Translations under genes and position numbers: made by a program
Notes under the pieces: generated by a model
What the model was told of the DNA's origin: nothing
The model's database searches: none
The model's input: the letters and a program-made list of their open reading frames with translations, nothing else
Part shown: piece by piece, positions 57,421 through 64,000 of the stretch
Position numbering within the stretch: the stretch's first letter is position 1
Layout: each line of letters begins with the position of its first letter
DNA from: Rebecca billardiae RCC1528
Lineage: Eukaryota > Protista > Haptophyta
Assembly (NCBI GenBank): GCA_965240325.2
Contig: OZ251240.1
Span: forward strand, 1,550,001-1,614,000
Reading direction: 5' to 3'
Length of the DNA: 64,000 nucleotides

Positions 57421-58673
57421 TCTGGTGAACACAGCTTTAAACAATTTTAATTCGTGAGAAAGCCCTGGGAGACCCAGCTCCGACCCCCTTTAATTGTGTG
57501 TGACGTACTGCTGTCCCAAGTAATACCGGAGTAGGAATACGAAGAATGGGGCCTCAAACGTTTTTTGATTAGGCACGCCTCGGGAATCGAGAACGCATGT
57601 CGTTACCTTTTTGAGCGCGCCTCATAGGGACGTCGTTGCGATTCCCACCTATTTGTTGACGCTTTTCTACTGTACGACCATCCGCTCCCCAAGTCCGGAG
57701 GAACCGCGACGCACGAGTGCTTTCGCCGCCGCGCCGCGTGCGCTCGGCACACACGATTGAGTATGACGGACGAGCGCGCGCTGCTGCAGGAGGCGAATAA
57801 GGCCGCGCGCGACACGCAGATAGCGCTCAGCCGGCGTGGCTCGACGACGCTGCCGGCACTCGCGCTCGCACACATGCGCGCGACGAGGATCTGAGCTCAG
57901 CGGGCCTCCGCCTGTACCCAGCGCCAGATGCCATCGTCGGCGTCGCGAGGAACTGTTACTGCGCCAATCTGGCGGAGATCCAGCGGCACGTGGCGGCGAT
58001 CAAGCAGCCGCAACCGCATCAGATGACGTGCACGAACGGGCTCATGGAGAAGCTCGTACCACAAGCCTACCATACTAGCCACCCGCTCGCCGACTTGCCC
58101 GACCGTACTACTCGCCCTGGCTCGTCCGTCACCCGCGCCGCCCGCGGCTCGCGGCGCCATCGCGGAGGTGCGTGCCCGCCGGCGCGAGCTGCACAACACA
58201 ACATGCACACCGACGCGAGCCGCTCGTACCACGTCGTGCCCGACGGGCCGTGCTCAGCGACGGCTGCAGGAGTCTACGCCGGCAGTCGGTTGTGGCCCTG
58301 CCGGCCTGCGCCGCTCGCCCCGCGCCTGCAGTCGCCCCGCGCCTGCAGACCGGTGGGCCATCTGCGGTGCGTGCCGTTGCCGTGCCGTCGTGCCCGAGCG
58401 GCCGTGCGCAGCGACGACTGCATCGACGCGCGCCTCGCCGTGCGCCTCACGGTGGGCCTTGCAGAACTGCAGAAGTGCCGGCGCTGCCGCGCCTGGCTTA
58501 ATCGCACGCGCGACGGTGGCGCGCCACCGGATGATACCGTTCTACAGCGCTGAACTACTGCCAACTCGTCCCATCGTCGTCGGGTCTGCCGGCCCTGGCA
58601 AGCTTCTCCGTCGCGTCCTAGACGCGCTGTGTTCGACCAGCCCCACCGGGACAAGGCCGCCAGGCCCCCGCAG
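57421..58673 (+). mobile_element. Helitron2/Helentron-like element family A, copy 2
   Basis: Same 5' ~230 bp and 3' ~310 bp as 52163-53180 with a different interior; asymmetric IR at 58626-58640; flanked by T and TTT. Confidence 0.7.
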
Positions 58674-59574
58674 TTTATTTCTACCAGATTCCATTTCCTA
58701 TGTCACGGCGACAAACCCCTGCCCGCCAGTGGGAATCGGTGTCACGCCCCGTTGGGTGTACCTCTCACGGCCGATGGCGGCCCCCACGTGCGCAAGGAAC
58801 GCGATTCCTGCACTCCTCGGTGACCGGTGAGTGCAGGAATCCAGTTGCGGCGCTCGTCCGCCTCGTCGTCGTCGCACACGAGGTACACCCAACACCATGG
58901 GTCGGATCCTAGAACTCTCCGCGCGCTCGCGCCCGCGCGGCGAGCGCTTGCAGGCTTGTTCTCATCATCTTGGCCAAGACTGCAGCCTGCCAGATGCGCC
59001 AGGAGACGTGTGCACGCCTTTCCGCGCGTCATGGGTGCGCGTGGCACGCACCTTGTCATAATATACGCCGAGGAGGCCTGAGCATCCGGCCTACCAACCT
59101 TCCGCGCTCACGTTCAAATGCAGGCGGCAAGCTGCATGCAAGCGCACGCCGAACGGAAGCATCTCAAGCTCGACAAGGTAGAGGCGGCGGAGCGTTTAGA
59201 GCTAGTGGCGATGGCAGTCCATCTGGCTGTGAACTGGTCGCTAACTGACGCGGGTGCGATGCAGCCAAGGCAGAGTGCTTGCAGCTTGCAGAGGGCCTGC
59301 AGCTGCGGCGGTTTGCCGCCGCTCGCCGGCTGCATCGTACACACTGCCGTGCACCGCAAGTGACCGCTGTGTCAAGGCGAAGCACCACGGCAAGGCGAAG
59401 CAGCATGTCTGACAACATCCTTCGCCACAGCGCAGCGCCTCAACACGAGAATGCGCGAACGACGTGCCATCACTACTCCGGACTAGCTCCGGCGCCCGCA
59501 CCAGCGGGCAAGCCGCCATTGTACCGCGTTTTGGCGAATGTCGCCTTTGGGCTCTCGTAGAAATAAAACAGGCC
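58674..59574. mobile_element. TIR element family B, copy 2 (left TIR interrupted by element A)
   Basis: Reverse-complement homologue of 38880-39778; ends GTAGAAATAAAACAGGCC; begins TTTATTTCTACCAG. Confidence 0.85.
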
Positions 59575-59579
59575 TACTA

Positions 59580-60385
59580 CAGTCCTCTCAACAATAAATT
59601 ACCCTATGGAGAGCACACCTGCACATCACACCTTCTCCTGGCCGCATAGGCTTGCATGACGGGCACCTGCGGCCCCAGCACTCTCCATTCGGTCGAGCTG
59701 CACCCACCCATCATGACTTCAGCCGGGTGAGTGACAATTGGAGGACTCCTCTGGGCAGCACGTGAAGCCGGCCAGCTCGGACGTGACAGTGTCACTGACA
59801 GTGGCCGACAGGCTCTCGACTGGCTCCCACACCCCTTTCAGCCCAGCTTGTAGCACAGCGCGCCGCTGATTTTCGGCGGAGCCTCGTGTGCTGTGCTACA
59901 GGGCATACCCAATCAGCAGGTGGGCCGCTGGCAGGCTAGGTGCATCTGGTGCACTGTGGTGGCCATTCCCCGACCACCACCCGCAGAGACGTGGCCTGCG
60001 CACTGAAACAGCACTGCTCACGCCAGGCTGTGCTGCTAGGCTGGCTGCTAGGCAGTATCAAAGGCCATCCAGCTGCAGCGCCAGGGCCCACTATACAGCT
60101 GCTACACTCCCAGCCAGCCAGCCCACAGCCTGCTCAGGGGGTGAATTTCCATCCCTGCCTGCCCTTGTGGTGGTCCAGCACCCCCGCGCAGCACCCGTCA
60201 GCCGGTTGTGCACCTGCATTCAATTTATCTGACTGACTCAGCCCACACACCCGCCCAGCTCATACCCACCTGGTCTGTGAGGGCTATAGGTGCAGTAACA
60301 GATAGCATGCAGCAGTGGGCCTCAAACAGTGACTGAGCTGGTATAGACAGCCAAACACAAGGGTAACCAATTGTTGAGGGGACTG
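59580..60385 (+). mobile_element. MITE family D, copy 2
   Basis: TIR CAGTCCTCTCAACAATAAATTACCCT...AGGGTAACCAATTGTTGAGGGGACTG with TA on both sides. Confidence 0.92.
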
Positions 60386-60406
60386 TAAAACAGGCCAGTA
60401 TCCGTG

Positions 60407-62207
60407 TAGGGGGTCCAAGCCGCGGAATTTAAAATCGAAAATCGACTGACCGATTTCGCGCTGAGCATTTCCGAACATTTTGGCCTCGAATTGCGGCAAG
60501 CACGGCCGCGGCCGTTCAGAGCACGGTCGAGCCCGAGATCGGGCGAGCAGCACGCCTGGGCGGTGGACTTCATCGTCGCGTCGGCGCGGCGGAGCGCGCT
60601 CTGGCGTCAGAGGCGCGCGGGCGGGCGAGTCAGGGTGGCCACCATGGCAGCGTTCGGCCAAATGATCGCTGGCAGCTCGCTCTCACCGGACATCTTGAAC
60701 CTCACAGCCCCGCTCTGCGCGCCGTTCGAACTCTCATCCGGATGAGCGCGGACAACGCAGCCCCGGTTCCAGGTGAACCGTGCACGCTGCGCCCTGGTTC
60801 CCTACTGGTTCCATCAGTTCATGAGGAGAACGAGTCAGCCCCCGACGCTTGGCCCGGTGCGTGCAGTGCTCACCTCCCCACGCGCTGCGCATGCACTCGC
60901 GTGATCGCTGGCTGCTCGTGCGCAAACGGGAGCGCGCGGCAGTCGTGGGTGGTAAGCAAGCTCGGCGACCCTGTGTACGTGCGGGGCCTGTCTTCCAGCC
61001 CACAGTAGTACCGCCAGAAGCTCCAGCTGGCACGCGTCGGCTTGTTTGTTGTGCCACTTGGCGTGCCGCTTGGCTGCATGCAGCAGCCGAGCTGCCCTGA
61101 GGCGAAGAGCGTGCACCTTGTCACGAACGTCAAGCTTGCTGCGGAGCAGACGCGCGCCGCAAAGCTCCGCTATGGCCGCTGCCACATCTGTACACCGTGT
61201 CTTCGTCTCGGGAGTGCCGGCGCCACTGTTGGCGGCCGTCTTGGAGCAGCGCGCGGACTGCATGGTGCTCGGGGCAGGCGTGCGCGCTGACCGCGGCAGC
61301 TGAGGCAGAGAGCTCAACGCTCGCCACCGAGCAGCTCGCCGAGTCAGGGGTAACCTGGAGCAGCCTCGACTGCAAGCGCTGTAGCCGCAGCAGAGGTGGA
61401 CCGGTGGCGGCCTCGCGTGGGCTGGTGTACGACGAACGGCGACGGTGCCGGTGACACCTGAGACCGGGCAAGGAAGCCGCCACACATGGCGAGCTATCTG
61501 CGCACGCCAGCCTCGACGGCGGAGAGGCCTCTCATACGGGGATGGTGGCATGTTCAGTGGCGGAGTTGGCCGTGTGCCGCAGCACGTGCAGCCCGCCACC
61601 GGCATCAGGCCCGCGTTCGCGGGCCGGCGCTCACTGATGTGAGTCCAGTGGCAGCATGAGCCGTCTCGGCGGCCGCCGTATTCCGTATTCGGATGACCCA
61701 GCAAATAGTGAGCAAGGTACCCATGTATAGGCCCGCACTTGAATACATATTATAAAAGTAACCACATTGTATATAAAGTGGGTAAACATGCTCTTATATG
61801 CGGGTACATTCCTATAATTAAATGGGTAATGTACTCGATCTTGGAGTAGTTTTTCACGGACGTCTACGCGCACAGCATAGTGCCCCACTTTTTCGGTATT
61901 TTCACCATAAAATCCTTCGGATAGGGGGCAGCGCTTGTCAATAAGTAAGTCCGACCGCGTATCGTCATCTAGCTGCAATGACAAGTAGGTAACATTCGGC
62001 TGAATCTCTATGTGACACAGCGGGCGCCGCTGCGCGCGCGCACGACCGCCCGACGACACGCGGAGTCGGTTTTTAGTGCTTCTGACGGCTGGGCTGGGCC
62101 GTGGGACATATTTGAGGGGGACTCCGCAAGCGCCACGCTCAGCAGACGCCTACATGGCATGGTTGTCAAATATCACAAATCAGTGGGCTGCTGGCTTGGA
62201 CCCCCTA
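60407..62207. mobile_element. Non-autonomous TIR element, TAGG...CCTA ends, 7-bp TSD (hAT-like)
   Basis: Perfect 15-bp TIR TAGGGGGTCCAAGCC; ATCCGTG on both sides; the empty site GGCCAGTATCCGTGAA is visible at ~62456-62471. Confidence 0.9.
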
Positions 62208-62717
62208 ATCCGTGAATAATAACCGAGCCGCCCGGGCCGAACGGGCAACGGCGTTCGGCCAAGGGCGACTGAGTTGTCGCGGCCCGCCTGCTTTACGACT
62301 GCGTTCCACTAGTTACTCGCTGCCAAGTCCCACACACAGGCTACGCGGCGGCCCGCGTGCGGCGAGCGGAGCTGCGGAGCGGCCTGCTGCTGCGCGCGGC
62401 CGCCGCCCACTAGTCGGAGCCCCCCTGCGCCACCCGCCCGTCGCCGCCGAGCCCTGGCCAGTATCCGTGAACGAATAATAACCGAGCCGCCCGGGCCGAA
62501 CGGGCAACGGCGTTCGGCCAAGGGCGACTGAGTTGTCGCGGCCCGCCTGCTTTACGACTGCGTTCCACTAGTTACTCGCTGCCAAGTCCCACACACAGGC
62601 TACGCGGCGGCCCGCGTGCGGCGAGCGGAGCTGCGGAGCGGCCTGCTGCTGCGCGCGGCCGCCGCCCACTAGTCGGAGCCGCCCTGCGCCACCCGCCCGT
62701 CGCCGCCGAGCCCTGGC
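62208..62717. repeat. Tandem duplication, ~255-bp unit, just downstream of the AKR stop codon
   Basis: ATCCGTG..AATAATAACCGAGCC...GCCCTGGC occurs twice (62208-62462, 62463-62717), nearly identical. Confidence 0.95.
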
Positions 62718-62775
62718 ACACACCCCCAGCCGCGCGTTCGCGGCGGGCGCGTACGCGCCCCCCCCGCCCGCCCGC

Positions 62776-64000
62776 TCACGCCCCGCCCTTCGCGCCGTAG
62801 TGGTACGTGCCGCTGCCCATCAGCTGCGGCGGGTAGCGCTCGCCCGCGACCGCGCCGAGCGGCACCGCCGCCTCGAGCTCGGCGCGCTCGGCGTCGCTCA
62901 GCTCGAGCTCGGCGGCGGCGAGGTTCTCCCTGAGGTGCGCGGCGCTGCGCGTGCCGGGGATGGGCACGGCGCCCTGCGCGTGCACCCACGCGCACGCCAG
63001 CTGCGCCGCCGTGCACCCCTTCCGCTCGGCGAGCGCGCGCACCGCGCCGACGAGCCGCAGGTTCTTCTCGAGGTTTTCCGGCGAGAAGCGCGGCTGCATC
63101 GCGCGCCGAAAGTCCTTCGCGTGCAGCTGCTCGGCGGAGGCGATGGCGCCGGCGAGGAGGCCGCGGCAGAGGGGCGCGTACGCCACCACGCCGATCCCGA
63201 GCTCGCGGCACACCGGCAGCAGGTCCGCCTCCACGTCGCGCGTGAAGAGCGACCACTCCGCCTGCACGCAGCTCACGGGGTGGATCGCGTGGCACGCGCG
63301 CACGTCGGCCGGCGCAATCTCGGAGAGGCCGAGGTAGCGGACGAGGCCGTCGCGCACGCACTCGGCGAGCGCGCGCCACGAGTCGGCGATGTCGGCGATC
63401 CCCGGGTCCCGCCGGTTGAGGTACACCAGGTCGATGTAGTCCGTGCCGAACCGGTCGAGCGAGCGGCGCACCGCCGCCTTGAGCGCGCGCGCCGAGCCGT
63501 CCATCCGCATGTGCCCGTCCACAATGTCGACGCCGAGCTTGGTGCCGATGACGAGGCGCGCGCGGCGGGAGGGGTCGCGGCCGAGGAAGCGGCCGAGGAG
63601 CATCTCGTTGTGCCCCAGCCCGTAGAAGCACGCCGTGTCGACGAACAGCGTGCCGCCGCCCAGCTCGAGCGCGTCGGCGAGCATCGCGAGCGCGGACGCC
63701 TCAAACTCGGCCGAATTCGCCTCGTCGGGCGCCGTGTACATGCCGCCCGAGAGCGACATGAGGCCGAGGCCCTGCCTGGGCACGCGCAGCCCGGCGCCGC
63801 CGAGCGGCACGGTGTTGTTCGGGTGCTCCGCGGGGGCCGCGCCCGCGAGCGACGCGCTCGCCACCGCGCTCGCCACCACGTCCGCCACGCCCTGCGTGCG
63901 CTCGTTGGCCGCGGCGCGCGCGAGCGCGCTCGCGAGCCGCGGCCGCGAGCCGGCCGCGCGCTCGTCGTCCTCGGCGCCGGCGGGGTGCGCGCCGGGCTTG
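62776..64000 (-). CDS. Aldo-keto reductase (AKR13/IN2-2-like), 5' end beyond the window
   Basis: GLGLMSLS, DTACFYG, IGTKLG, SLDRFGTDYIDLVY, YLGLSE, QAEWSL, AYAPL, PIPGT; the frame stays open to the window edge. Confidence 0.95.
   Translation of the reverse strand, partial: KPGAHPAGAEDDERAAGSRPRLASALARAAANERTQGVADVVASAVASASLAGAAPAEHPNNTVPLGGAGLRVPRQGLGLMSLSGGMYTAPDEANSAEFEASALAMLADALELGGGTLFVDTACFYGLGHNEMLLGRFLGRDPSRRARLVIGTKLGVDIVDGHMRMDGSARALKAAVRRSLDRFGTDYIDLVYLNRRDPGIADIADSWRALAECVRDGLVRYLGLSEIAPADVRACHAIHPVSCVQAEWSLFTRDVEADLLPVCRELGIGVVAYAPLCRGLLAGAIASAEQLHAKDFRRAMQPRFSPENLEKNLRLVGAVRALAERKGCTAAQLACAWVHAQGAVPIPGTRSAAHLRENLAAAELELSDAERAELEAAVPLGAVAGERYPPQLMGSGTYHYGAKGGA

Noticed and set aside
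56815-60236. Near-identical ORF pairs 56819-57163(-)/59888-60232(+) and 56815-57111(-)/59940-60236(+) as duplicated genes
   Set aside because: They are incidental frames within the two inverted MITE D copies; non-ATG starts and no motifs.
61631-62059. AT-rich 142-aa ORF as a horizontally acquired gene
   Set aside because: GTG start, no motif, and it lies in the AT-rich subterminal block of a TIR element, as in the 11270-13177 element.
11270-62207. Transposase, RepHel, reverse transcriptase or Fanzor/TnpB coding sequence in any of the elements
   Set aside because: No DDE, HUH/helicase, RT or RuvC/Zn-finger motifs recognised in the provided frames; all elements treated as non-autonomous. Degraded remnants could be missed without BLASTx.
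1-64000. Hundreds of long overlapping or antisense Arg/Ala/Pro-rich ORFs (e.g. 42729-46190 +, 29086-32319 -, 49772-51523 -)
   Set aside because: Shadow frames caused by very high GC and GC3 bias; no motifs, and they overlap well-supported genes.
1-64000. tRNA, rRNA or snRNA genes
   Set aside because: None recognised by eye; a tRNAscan-SE/Infernal run is needed to exclude them.

Overview
Very GC-rich, gene-dense eukaryotic genomic DNA. It has short GC-rich spliceosomal introns (GTGCG...CAG), (TA)n microsatellites and at least two proteins with bipartite signal+transit leaders, which fits an alga with a red-lineage secondary plastid, probably a haptophyte such as Pavlovophyceae (inference). 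About 20 protein-coding genes are supported: two sulfotransferase-like proteins, an F-box/bromodomain-like/RING SNF2 ATPase, Sel1-MYND, RluA-type pseudouridine synthase, a methyltransferase, DUF2358, glutaredoxin, a COG2426 membrane protein, GH81 glucanase, a zf-C2HC protein, a secreted polyQ protein, SNM1/DCLRE1A, a PPR protein, two RCC1-repeat proteins and an aldo-keto reductase. The standout is a 6-exon, ~1825-aa minus-strand gene (39962-46049). It fuses a complete Patched/NPC1-type sterol-sensing RND module, through an IQ calmodulin-binding motif, to a cellulose-synthase-like GT2 with intact D,DxD,TED,QxxRW motifs. The window also holds at least six families of non-autonomous DNA transposons: two TA-flanked MITE families, TAGG-ended elements with 7-bp TSDs, Helitron2/Helentron-like elements and two GGCC-ended elements, one carrying an HTH+USP fragment. 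Six copies are packed or nested at 56.1-62.2 kb. All calls are by-eye motif recognition; no database search was run.
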